This document shows positions 26,552 through 35,018 of a stretch of 64,000 bases of DNA, piece by piece. This DNA is from an uncultured Collinsella sp. (lineage in GTDB: Bacteria; Actinomycetota; Coriobacteriia; Coriobacteriales; Coriobacteriaceae): contig UREC01000009.1 in NCBI GenBank assembly GCA_900546755.1, positions 69 to 64,068 on the forward strand. Direction: 5' to 3'. The translations under genes and the position numbers were made by a program. The notes under the pieces are model-generated. The model searched no databases. It was not told the DNA's origin and was given only the letters and a program-made list of their open reading frames with translations. Every line of letters starts with the position of its first letter. Within the stretch, counting starts at the first letter, position 1.

Positions 26552-27121
26552 CTACGCACCTCCATGCGGCGGCACCAGCACGCCATCCTTGACTGTACAG
26601 CCCCATGCCTCTGCAACTGCATCGTCGGGCGTGGATTGAATTGCTTGGGTCGAAATGTCAACGACCAGGTTCTTCCCATCTGCCTTCTGCTCAGTCACGC
26701 TCTTGATGAGCACATCGGTTTTGCCCATCGGAGCAACGGGAGACGTCCAGTAGTAGTACCCGTCGGACGCGACAACCCAAGACGAGGCGGTGTTGGAAGC
26801 AGATGCCTTGGACACACTGCCCCAGTCAATGACGTAGTCGGTGCCGGCAACTGGCTCATCCCACAGGCGTGCGCCATCCTGGTCCTGCCAGTAGATATCC
26901 ACTGCAGCACGAATATAGGCGGGCGCAGTACCCGTGTTCTTCGCCTTGACATCGCTTTTCACTTTGCCGTTGAGCGTTTCCTGAACCGATGGCGTCACCG
27001 ATCCGATGCCGAACTGGTTGACCAGCACGCCCGTAACCGAAAGCCAGGCCAACGTGCCTGCCGTACCGGCCAGGAGGATAACCCCCACCAGCAAGGCGAT
27101 GATGCGCTTGCGCTTGGACAT
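26552..27121 (-). CDS. TasA/camelysin-like protein with SipW-cognate-type signal peptide (P3)
   Basis: 'MSKRKRIIALLVGVILLAGTAGTLAWLSVTGVLVNQFGIGSV', 'VKAKNTGTAPAYIRAAV', and C-terminal 'LVVDISTQAIQS'. AAGGAGGA RBS, 1 nt after the stop of the giant gene. Confidence 0.8.
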   Translation of the reverse strand: MSKRKRIIALLVGVILLAGTAGTLAWLSVTGVLVNQFGIGSVTPSVQETLNGKVKSDVKAKNTGTAPAYIRAAVDIYWQDQDGARLWDEPVAGTDYVIDWGSVSKASASNTASSWVVASDGYYYWTSPVAPMGKTDVLIKSVTEQKADGKNLVVDISTQAIQSTPDDAVAEAWGCTVKDGVLVPPHGGA

Positions 27122-27122
27122 G

Positions 27123-30100
27123 CTAATCCTCCTTCTTTGCTACGTTGCCGTTGCTCCAAACGTTATGGGCACGATCGCTGCCGTCGATCCATTTGTCGTT
27201 CACACGCGTGTTCGTGCAGGTGAACGTGGCATCGTTCGCGCTCGATGCAGACGAAATCGTCAGCTCGGCAGTTTTACCGGGCGCCTTGCCCGGCGTGCTC
27301 AGCTCACCCTGGTAGCGCCATGCCCAAGCCGTATCTTCCTCGACGGTATAGATGCCAGCCGGAGCGGCGAACTGCACGCTGCCGACATAGCAAGTTTCAC
27401 CGTTTTCGTCGCGCTGCTCGCTAACTTTCACCTCGACCATGCGCGTCTCGGCAGGAGAATCCTGCGACATCTTTCGCGTTACCTTAAAGCGGAACGTTTG
27501 CCCCATAGCGCTGGCATCGGTCGTCTTTTTAACGATCGTCAGCGCATGAGTCTGGGCAAAGTTGAACACGGCTTTGCCGGGGCCCTGATCGCCCTCGCCC
27601 GTCTTCTTGGACTCCAGACGGTTGGCCAGGTCGAACGAGCCGTCACCCGAACCAAGGCTGTAGAGCGAGACAAACTTGCCGTTTACGGGCTCTTCCGCCA
27701 CAGAAACACCCTCTGTACCAGGCCCGTAGCTTGCCCGCATTACCGTAACGGTCAGCCGCGTTCCCATAAACGGCTTGGCAAAGCAGACCTTAAACGGCGC
27801 CTTGTCGGCACTGTCATCGACGGTGTTGGCGGCGGCGGGATCGAGCAGCCACTTAAGCTGGGCGGTCATGGTTTCGGACTTCGCGGGATCAGACGTATCT
27901 TTGGCAACCACGCGATATGTAACGGGATACAGGTCCATGTCGCCCTTAATTGGCTCGTCCTTAAACACATCCCAAGGCTTCGTATCACCATCGGCGCCCA
28001 CATATCGCCACTCCAAGAAGAGCTCACGCATATCGCCATTGGCGGCCGCACGCTCATCGAGCAGCGCGACGATCTTGGAATGGGCGTCCGGGTCGTATGC
28101 CACGGACTTTTGCTCCATCATGGGATTCCCGCTGTTGTCATAGACGGGGCGGCCGTTCTCATCCATTTTGGGAACATCAACCGTATAGACGAAGCCGGAC
28201 TTGCCGTCCTGCGCACGCTCGTCGCCCGAGTCGACCGTCGCCGTAAAGAGAACCGACCCGTCGACACCGTGATAGCGCACCTTATGCGGCGCAATCTTGT
28301 ACACCGCAGTGTACATCGCGCTCTTAAAGGGCTCATTGCCCTCGAGGGGATACTTGTCGTCACCGGTCATCAGGGTGTACTTGTTATCGGATTCATAGTC
28401 ACGCGACCAGCAGACAAAGTCGTACTTGGTGCCATCCTTGCCGACAACCTCAGTTGCAGCTTTTACCTCCAGCGAAATTTGATCACCAGAGTCGGTCCGC
28501 GAAAGATAACGCACAGAACCGGGGTCATCCAGATTGGCATCGATATTCGATTGAACACGCACCGCGCTGGCGCGGTAGACCGGATACAACTCCATGGGGG
28601 CCTTGACCACGGTGCTTTTATTCACCATGGAAACGTCGTCCGACCAAACGACATAACCGTTGCCAGCTACCGGCTTAGTTTCCGTCCAGCCCACGAAGGC
28701 ATTGTATGCGTTTGTTGCAGCATCGATATCGCCGACGTTATACGTTGGCAGCGGGATGCCGTCCTTAAGGCTGCCGAGAGAATCGCCCTGCTGGGCTACC
28801 TTACCGTCCACATCCCTGGCATTGAGATGGTACACAACCGCCAACGGCGAATAGTACGCCACGAATGTATAGGCTCCGCCAGGTTCCACCGGATAAGAGC
28901 AAGTACCATGCTCCACATCGTAGGGAAGCGTCTTGATCTCGCCGTTCGGAAGCTCGATCTCAACCTTCTGCAACTTATACAGCTCACCGCCTGCTTTATA
29001 AACCGGCGTCGTAACGTCAGGGGTCACCGTTGCCGTAGCAGGATTGGTGTCCGCGTTGATAACGGGAGCGATGTTGTAGCTAGGCACATTGACCTTGTCC
29101 GTACCCTCAAAACCTGCGCGATGCAGGTTGGTGGTGTAGCTGACGTCGTACTTTGCGTAGACGGGATAGGCATCCTGCCACTGGGTGACCTTGGACTCGT
29201 CGGTCGCCAGATACGGCTCTGCCTTATCCGGATCACTCGTCACATAGGAGTCGCCGGCGACGTCGTAGATATACTTCCAGACGTCAGAATCCTTCTGAAC
29301 CTCGGCGGTCGAAATCCAGCCCAGGAACTTATAGCCCGGCACGGCCATGTCGGCATCGGTCGGGGAAGCTTCGAGGGTCAGGGGGCTCTCATACGATCCC
29401 TTCTCACCATCTTCTGGCTTTTCGGCCACTTTAACCGACTTATTAACATGCGGGTAGTAATACGTGAACGTCGGATCCGCCCCGTTCACCTTGGTCTGCA
29501 GCAAGTTACTCTCATAGCGCCGCGTGGCAGTCCTCACGACATTATCGCCCTTGTTGTAGAAATTAACGTCCGTGGTAATCATCGCGCGAACGTAGTACTT
29601 CTTATCTGTACGCACCATGCTCTCGATGGGATTTTTCACATATGTCCAATATTCACCATCGCGCTCAAGCGTCCAGAAATTCAGGCGATAGCGATCATTC
29701 ACCGGTTTGACCGTTACGTTCAGCGAAGCCGAAGTCCAAGTATCGCTTAGCGTTGCAGCGCCTGGAAAATCGGTATCGGCATAGAGGTTTTTTAGAGTAT
29801 CGGCTCCCGTATCGTTTTTAACGTTGTGCGAGTACGCGTTAAGGGGACTCACGACAAGGGTTTCCTTCGTGAAGCGCGTGCCACACGTTTCATAACTATC
29901 CTTTATACCGTGGTCAACATGCTCCGGGCCCCAGTGGACGACGTTTTCACGCACGAAGGTACTACCGACGTTTTCCTCAAAGGGCGTTTGATAGCGATTC
30001 CAAACGGAACAAAGTAGCTTGCTGTCCGTAAACTCATGGTTGGTATAAGCCCGAACGTAATAATCCACTCGGTACTCAAAGCGGGCGATGTAGGTATGCG

Positions 30101-32594
30101 GCGCGGTTAAATCGACATCGGCGGGGAGCGTATAGCTGGGGTCGCGGCTTACGCGCACCTCGAGCGGGGCATCCTCGGTTCCCTTGTTTTCATACCAACC
30201 CAGGAAACGATAGCCGTCGGGCAGCTGGCCCTCCTCGGATATAGCTTTACCGGATACGTCGAGCACCCGTACGGTATACGCGCTTGTGCCATCCTCGGCA
30301 GTCTCAACCTTAACGTCAGTTTTGCCCACACCGTCGCGCCGAGTCTGATCGTCGGTTGCATCCTGCTCATTGCCCTCAAACACCGTCATGATGTTCGACA
30401 CATAGTCGGTGTACACCGGATAAAAATCGGTAGGACCAAGCACAGTGATCTCGGTGCCGGCAGGATAGAACGCACCGGCGTTTTTTAGCTCGGCAAGCTT
30501 AGGCGAGGTGATGGCCGCGTAACCGCCATGCATCCCGGCCTCGCCACTCGGCTGCGTCGTCCAACCGATAAAGGTGGCGCTGGCGGAAAGAGTGCCGCGG
30601 TCCGCAGGGGCAGCCGGCGTTAAACCGACGCCATAGCGGTACCAGTCCGTCGACTTGTCGTGCTCCTCGCCGCTCTGCCACGCGAGCGTCTCGCCCTTGA
30701 CGTTATAGAACAGTACCTGCGCCTCGTACGAAGCAATAAACAGGTCGTTGCCCTTAAAGGCCTCGGCCCCCTTCGCGTTATCGGCGGTATAGGTCGACGT
30801 TATCTCGTGCGCTTCGTTCTTCTGGACCTGCTTGCCAGCCTTAACGGCATCGGCATCGGTCTTGCCGTTAAACCAGGCGTTATCGGCATCGATACGGTTC
30901 ACATTGACTCCGGACTCGCGGAACCAGCCCATGAAGCGATAACCGCCGTTGGCATCGGTCAAGCCCTTGGGCTTTGCGGAGGTATCCTGCCTAAACGTCA
31001 CCGATGTATCGCCCTGGGCCAAGCCCTGGGCCGTTCCCGCCAGCACGGCGCTCACGGCAAAGGCGTACGGATCCGAGGTCGCTTGATCAATACCGAGTTT
31101 GGTTGCCGTAATTGTCGCGGTACCCGCACCGGGAAAATCGATCGTCGCCTTAACGCTCTGGCCATGCACAGGAATATTCAGCTTGTAATCCATCGCCCAC
31201 TCATTGGGGTGCGGGCCATCCAGGGTCCCGTCGTTAGCAGTCGAGCGCATGGTGCCGGCACAGAAGTCGTAGTCGTGCTCTTCCCACAGCTCGCGCGTGG
31301 TGTAGCGCTCGTCGTCCCATGGACCATAGCTGTCGCCCTTGGTGGTACCGTCGCCGCCAAAAGAGGGGATCTTTTTCTTAGCCGCGGTACCCTGGCTGCT
31401 GCCTTTTAGGCTCACGCTCGGCTTAAAGTAGCACTCGGTGACCGTGGCATCATCCTTGTTGGCACGCGCGGCAATACCGCCCAGGTTCACATCGTTTTGA
31501 ATGATGGGGATCACGGCGATGGGATTGTACTGACGCGAGCTCAAGTCACCCGCAAAATGGCTTCGAACGAGCTCGTTGCCCTTTTCGGTTAGAATACGAC
31601 CCGCCAAGCCACCCGTCCACGCACGCGTCACGGCGACGACGCCCACATATGACGCGGCATAGCTGTAGCACTGCGCCGTCGAGAAGCAGTCGATAATCTT
31701 GGCCTCGCCCGCCATGCAGCCCACAAAACCCGAGGCGTACACGTTGTTGCCGCCCAGGGCGCCAATGGCCACGTCGTACTTATTGGTGACGTCGGTCATG
31801 CCAATCGAGCCATCATCTTTGCGCGTAGGCGTAACGCGGCAGTACTCAATCGTCGAATTTGTAACGTAGCCGGCAAACGCCGCCATATACAGACCCTCAC
31901 CGCCGAGCGCCTGCACGCCCGAGGTCGTGTTGTTAACGGCGCGGCCACCACGTACCTCGCAGTTATAGAGGGTACAGCCGTCGAGCTCGCCGGCGATGAG
32001 ACCGCCCTCAAAGCCTGCGTTGGTAATGAGGTTGAGAGCATTGTTGGCGCAGGTCACGTGCAGCGTGCTCTCCATGACCATAACGTTTTCGAAACGCGTT
32101 TTGACGGCCTTGCCCACGATAATGCCACCGCGGAAGTCCGCCCACACGTTGGCGTCCTTGACCAGGAAGTTTTTGATGGTGGCGCCGTTGGTCTCGGCAA
32201 AAAATCCCGTATCGCGCTCGGGGTCAAAAGCGTCTTTATCGTAGTTCAGGCCCTCAACGGCGTGGTTTTGACCATCGAACACGCCCTTAAACGGATGCTC
32301 CTTGTTGCCAAACGACAGATGCTTAACGGTGTCTGCAACGATGGTTTTCATGTCGTCGCTGTCGAGCTCAATGTCGTTATCGAGATAAACGTGCCAGCCG
32401 GACGTATCGTGCTCGCGCGACAGCGCCACACACGACAAAAAGTCAGCCTCGTTTTTGATGTGGAATTCGATTTTGGCCTCGGGCACATCCTCGGCATGCA
32501 CCACCGTTGGCAGCGCCATAACGCAGCAAAGGGCAATCGCTGCGACGGCAACCAGCCTGCTAAGCATACCCCGGTTCATATTCTTGATCTTCAT
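27123..32594 (-). CDS. 1823-aa secreted surface protein: signal peptide, GLUG-motif region, multiple InlB-B/Listeria-Bacteroides-type repeats, C-terminal Cna-B/prealbumin-like domain; no LPXTG or TM anchor
   Basis: Signal 'VAVAAIALCCVMALPTVVHA/ED'. N-terminal module 'FKGVFDGQNHAVEGL'. GLUG-like repeats 'GGIIVGKA', 'GGLIAGEL', 'AAFAGYV', 'SGFVGCMAG', 'GGLAGRI', 'GGIAARA'. B-repeat hallmarks 'YRFMGWF', 'FIGWTT', 'YRFLGWY', 'YKFLGWIS', 'FVGWTE', 'FVCWS' with recurring 'YPVY'. C-terminus 'TFRFKVTRK...GIYTVEEDTAWAWRY'. Confidence 0.85.
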   Translation of the reverse strand: MKIKNMNRGMLSRLVAVAAIALCCVMALPTVVHAEDVPEAKIEFHIKNEADFLSCVALSREHDTSGWHVYLDNDIELDSDDMKTIVADTVKHLSFGNKEHPFKGVFDGQNHAVEGLNYDKDAFDPERDTGFFAETNGATIKNFLVKDANVWADFRGGIIVGKAVKTRFENVMVMESTLHVTCANNALNLITNAGFEGGLIAGELDGCTLYNCEVRGGRAVNNTTSGVQALGGEGLYMAAFAGYVTNSTIEYCRVTPTRKDDGSIGMTDVTNKYDVAIGALGGNNVYASGFVGCMAGEAKIIDCFSTAQCYSYAASYVGVVAVTRAWTGGLAGRILTEKGNELVRSHFAGDLSSRQYNPIAVIPIIQNDVNLGGIAARANKDDATVTECYFKPSVSLKGSSQGTAAKKKIPSFGGDGTTKGDSYGPWDDERYTTRELWEEHDYDFCAGTMRSTANDGTLDGPHPNEWAMDYKLNIPVHGQSVKATIDFPGAGTATITATKLGIDQATSDPYAFAVSAVLAGTAQGLAQGDTSVTFRQDTSAKPKGLTDANGGYRFMGWFRESGVNVNRIDADNAWFNGKTDADAVKAGKQVQKNEAHEITSTYTADNAKGAEAFKGNDLFIASYEAQVLFYNVKGETLAWQSGEEHDKSTDWYRYGVGLTPAAPADRGTLSASATFIGWTTQPSGEAGMHGGYAAITSPKLAELKNAGAFYPAGTEITVLGPTDFYPVYTDYVSNIMTVFEGNEQDATDDQTRRDGVGKTDVKVETAEDGTSAYTVRVLDVSGKAISEEGQLPDGYRFLGWYENKGTEDAPLEVRVSRDPSYTLPADVDLTAPHTYIARFEYRVDYYVRAYTNHEFTDSKLLCSVWNRYQTPFEENVGSTFVRENVVHWGPEHVDHGIKDSYETCGTRFTKETLVVSPLNAYSHNVKNDTGADTLKNLYADTDFPGAATLSDTWTSASLNVTVKPVNDRYRLNFWTLERDGEYWTYVKNPIESMVRTDKKYYVRAMITTDVNFYNKGDNVVRTATRRYESNLLQTKVNGADPTFTYYYPHVNKSVKVAEKPEDGEKGSYESPLTLEASPTDADMAVPGYKFLGWISTAEVQKDSDVWKYIYDVAGDSYVTSDPDKAEPYLATDESKVTQWQDAYPVYAKYDVSYTTNLHRAGFEGTDKVNVPSYNIAPVINADTNPATATVTPDVTTPVYKAGGELYKLQKVEIELPNGEIKTLPYDVEHGTCSYPVEPGGAYTFVAYYSPLAVVYHLNARDVDGKVAQQGDSLGSLKDGIPLPTYNVGDIDAATNAYNAFVGWTETKPVAGNGYVVWSDDVSMVNKSTVVKAPMELYPVYRASAVRVQSNIDANLDDPGSVRYLSRTDSGDQISLEVKAATEVVGKDGTKYDFVCWSRDYESDNKYTLMTGDDKYPLEGNEPFKSAMYTAVYKIAPHKVRYHGVDGSVLFTATVDSGDERAQDGKSGFVYTVDVPKMDENGRPVYDNSGNPMMEQKSVAYDPDAHSKIVALLDERAAANGDMRELFLEWRYVGADGDTKPWDVFKDEPIKGDMDLYPVTYRVVAKDTSDPAKSETMTAQLKWLLDPAAANTVDDSADKAPFKVCFAKPFMGTRLTVTVMRASYGPGTEGVSVAEEPVNGKFVSLYSLGSGDGSFDLANRLESKKTGEGDQGPGKAVFNFAQTHALTIVKKTTDASAMGQTFRFKVTRKMSQDSPAETRMVEVKVSEQRDENGETCYVGSVQFAAPAGIYTVEEDTAWAWRYQGELSTPGKAPGKTAELTISSASSANDATFTCTNTRVNDKWIDGSDRAHNVWSNGNVAKKED

Positions 32595-32597
32595 AGG

Positions 32598-33245
32598 CTA
32601 GTTCGCCTCCGGCCAACCCACAACGTCAAGTACGTCGAGGGCGGTATCGCTTGTCTGCTGGTTTTTGGCCTGCACGGCCTGAACATCGATATCGAGCTTG
32701 AATGAGCCGCCGCGCGCGGCATCGTGGTAGTCGCCCACAAATCGCAGCGAGTCCATAAGGCTTTCCGTCATGGCGCCGGGGTCGAGCATGCCGCCACGCC
32801 CGGCCAATCCACGGTAGTAGTACCACCCATCGCCGCCGTCGATCCACGGGGACCCCTCGTCCGCGTTCACATGAAACGCAACGCTGCCCGAGGCATCCGC
32901 ACTCGAACCGTCGGGTGCCACTGACGTCATGCGTAGACGAGCGCGAACGTACTCAGGCTGCGCGCCGGCGTTCTCCACGCGTACAATGCGGCTGATGTCA
33001 GAGCCCCCGGCCTTGGTGTCGGGATAGTCCCCGCGCTCGTTGGCCTCAAACGGAATCTCCTCGCCCCGCTCGTTGAGGGTGTATTCGCAGACTCGTACCT
33101 TCACGCTGCCAAACGATAGGACGTTGTTCGCCGGAACCATATCAACGGTAAAAGCCAGCGTGCCACACATGCACGCCAGGGCCAACAGCGCAATCGCGGC
33201 AAGCGCCAAGGTGCGTTTCTGATTGTCGGAAAGATTGTTGAGCAT
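32598..33245 (-). CDS. TasA/camelysin-like protein with SipW-cognate-type signal peptide (P2)
   Basis: 'MLNNLSDNQKRTLALAAIALLALACMCGTLAFTVDMVPANNVLSFGSVKV', 'VRVENAGAQPEYVRARL', and C-terminal 'FKLDIDVQAVQA'. The start could be the ATG at 33243-33245 or the TTG at 33257, and the RBS is weak. Confidence 0.75.
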   Translation of the reverse strand: MLNNLSDNQKRTLALAAIALLALACMCGTLAFTVDMVPANNVLSFGSVKVRVCEYTLNERGEEIPFEANERGDYPDTKAGGSDISRIVRVENAGAQPEYVRARLRMTSVAPDGSSADASGSVAFHVNADEGSPWIDGGDGWYYYRGLAGRGGMLDPGAMTESLMDSLRFVGDYHDAARGGSFKLDIDVQAVQAKNQQTSDTALDVLDVVGWPEAN

Positions 33246-33265
33246 TACGTTCGCCAATCGTCGAT

Positions 33266-33322
33266 AAAAAGGGGGACCGAGATCCCAGCCCGAATATAGG
33301 GGTGGGGGCGGGCCGGGATCTC
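33266..33322 (-). terminator. Intra-operon rho-independent terminator/attenuator between P1 and P2
   Basis: Minus strand: gagatcccggcccg-(16-nt loop)-cgggctgggatctc, then ggtccccc and ttttta. It starts 10 nt after the P1 stop. Confidence 0.6.
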
Positions 33323-33332
33323 AGTGGGGGGA

Positions 33333-34097
33333 TTAAGCCTGAGCCTGAGTCTTAGCCCATTCCTTGGCCTGCTTAAGGGCATTCTGCGCGTCAGCATTTT
33401 CACCCTGCTCGGTGCCATTCTGGCCCGCGCCAAAGATGTAGGCAGAGACCGTCATCGTGGGAGCCTGTTTCGGGTCAGTAGTAGTCTCGACAACATCGGT
33501 GTTGTTCATGGCAGAGGGAATCGTCACGGCAGTGAAAAGCTCATCGGTATAAACGTCCTGCTCTGCTTTGTTGGCTTCGAGCTTTGCAGGCAGGTTCTCT
33601 GCGGCAGAGTTCTTGGAGTACATAAACAGACCGCTCACGTACTGGTTGCCAGAGTTGTCAGATTGGTTGGTCTTGACTTGACCCTCAACGGGCTTCCAAT
33701 TCGTATTTTTGAGCGTAAAGTACGGGGTCTTTTCAAGGCTGGTGCCAGGCTTGACGATGGCATTCTTTACGTAAATGAATACGTATGCATCATCAGAGCC
33801 AGCCTTGATGCCGACATTGGGGTTCTTGGCCACAGTGGCGCCAGGAACCATCTTGGAGTTGGCAACCCACTGGGTCTCGAACAGGTAGGCCTTTTCAGTG
33901 TTCGGATTATCGGGGTCCGGTTTCTCGGGATCGGTCGGATCAGGCTTGTTTTCCGGGTGGCCAAAGCTACCCACCGTGAACACGTTGTCAATGTGCTCCT
34001 GCGCCGTCAGCCATGCATAGGTACCCACACCGGCGGCCATCACCAACAGCAGCAGGGCGGCAATGATGCCGTAGCGCTTTTTCTTCTTGTTTTCCAT
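33333..34097 (-). CDS. TasA/camelysin-like protein with SipW-cognate-type signal peptide and Pro/Asp-rich linker (P1, putative major subunit)
   Basis: 'MENKKKKRYGIIAALLLLVMAAGVGTYAWLTAQEHIDNVFTVGSFG', then 'HPENKPDPTDPEKPDPDNPNTEK', 'KMVPGATVAKNPNVGIKAGSDDAYVFIYV', and C-terminal 'TMTVSAYIFGAGQ'. ATG at 34095-34097 after AAGGAAG. The 71-codon upstream extension in the ORF track overlaps sipW and is Arg/Gly junk. Confidence 0.8.
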   Translation of the reverse strand: MENKKKKRYGIIAALLLLVMAAGVGTYAWLTAQEHIDNVFTVGSFGHPENKPDPTDPEKPDPDNPNTEKAYLFETQWVANSKMVPGATVAKNPNVGIKAGSDDAYVFIYVKNAIVKPGTSLEKTPYFTLKNTNWKPVEGQVKTNQSDNSGNQYVSGLFMYSKNSAAENLPAKLEANKAEQDVYTDELFTAVTIPSAMNNTDVVETTTDPKQAPTMTVSAYIFGAGQNGTEQGENADAQNALKQAKEWAKTQAQA

Positions 34098-34168
34098 CGT
34101 TCTCTTCCTTTCGAAAATCGACTTCCCCGGCAACGGCCCTTGCCGTTGCCGACACCTCTCCCCTGCCG

Positions 34169-34726
34169 CTATGAACGCCGCTCCCTCGCATGCGCGCGGG
34201 CATGCTTGCCCGCAGGCTCGTCGGGAACCACCCGATCGAGCACTATCGACGCCGCGACCAGCAGCGCCAGAACGGCCACCACAACAAGCAAACCGGGCAT
34301 CGTCGTGCAATATGCGTTAACGAAGCCCAGGTAAGGGACACAAAAAGAGACAGTGCCGATCACGCGTGAAAAAGGCGTCTGCTCGGCATCGTGCATGATG
34401 GTTCCATCTGCATTTTTGTTTGCGATTCCCTGCGTGCCGATCGTCTGCGCGGCAGGGTCGATCTCGTACACCTGGTGCGTCACCACGGCGCCGTCCGATC
34501 GGTAAAAGGTTGCATTGTCGCCCACGGTAATATCCGTTGGCTCAACCTGGCGGACAAACACCATGGAGCCAACGGGAAGATCGGGTTCCATAGAGCCCGA
34601 AAGCACAGCAAAGGGCATGTATCCAAATGCGCGAGGCACAAAAGAAACAACGGCAAGGGCTATGACAAGCGCGAACGCCAAGCTACTCAAAAGTGCAATA
34701 AATCGTTTGAGTCTACGCGCAGCCAA
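34169..34726 (-). CDS. sipW: Signal peptidase I, SipW/archaeal-ER type
   Basis: N-terminal TM, 'AVLSGSMEPDLPVGSMVFV', a downstream 'VTHQV' His, and the C-terminal TM 'GLLVVVAVLALLVAASIVL' that is typical of SipW. The start is an apparent TTG at 34724-34726, and no in-frame ATG precedes the TM. Confidence 0.8.
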   Translation of the reverse strand: MAARRLKRFIALLSSLAFALVIALAVVSFVPRAFGYMPFAVLSGSMEPDLPVGSMVFVRQVEPTDITVGDNATFYRSDGAVVTHQVYEIDPAAQTIGTQGIANKNADGTIMHDAEQTPFSRVIGTVSFCVPYLGFVNAYCTTMPGLLVVVAVLALLVAASIVLDRVVPDEPAGKHARAHARERRS

Positions 34727-34852
34727 AGTGATAATTCATCCCCCTTGAGGACCTATTCGACCCATCCAAAGGTCAGCAAGTTTCAACAGGAACCGCAAGG
34801 CGCTTGAAAAGTGAGTCCGAAATAAGCCAATTTGGAATCTTTTCGTAATAAA

Positions 34853-34881
34853 AACATAGCGATGTGCTACACATTTTTCAA
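34853..34881 (-). promoter_or_regulatory. Candidate sigma-70-type promoter for the fibre operon (TTGAAA-17 nt-TATGTT)
   Basis: Minus strand: ttgaaa aatgtgtagcacatcgc tatgtt, about 125 nt upstream of sipW in an AT-rich region. The spacer contains the small palindrome atgtg-N3-cacat. Confidence 0.3.
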
Positions 34882-35018
34882 TGTTTTGTCGCTAAATGCT
34901 ACCTATTTTGGCGTAAGTGGTCATTTATCACCAAATTAGTCTGTTTTATCCAATATCTGTGACTAACCCCCTACGCAACTTCCCCATAGAGGGATCATTT
35001 TTTTGCGAAACTAAAATA

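Noticed and set aside
27006-29750. 914-aa plus-strand ORF antisense to the giant adhesin gene
   Set aside because: It is Arg/His/Gly-rich low-complexity sequence with no RBS or recognisable motif. The opposite frame carries clear GLUG/B-repeat motifs, so this is a typical antisense open frame.
33333-34310. Long version (325 aa) of the P1 ORF
   Set aside because: The extra 71 N-terminal codons overlap the 3' end of sipW in another frame and are Arg/Gly/Cys-rich. The internal ATG at 34097 has a good RBS and begins a textbook signal peptide.
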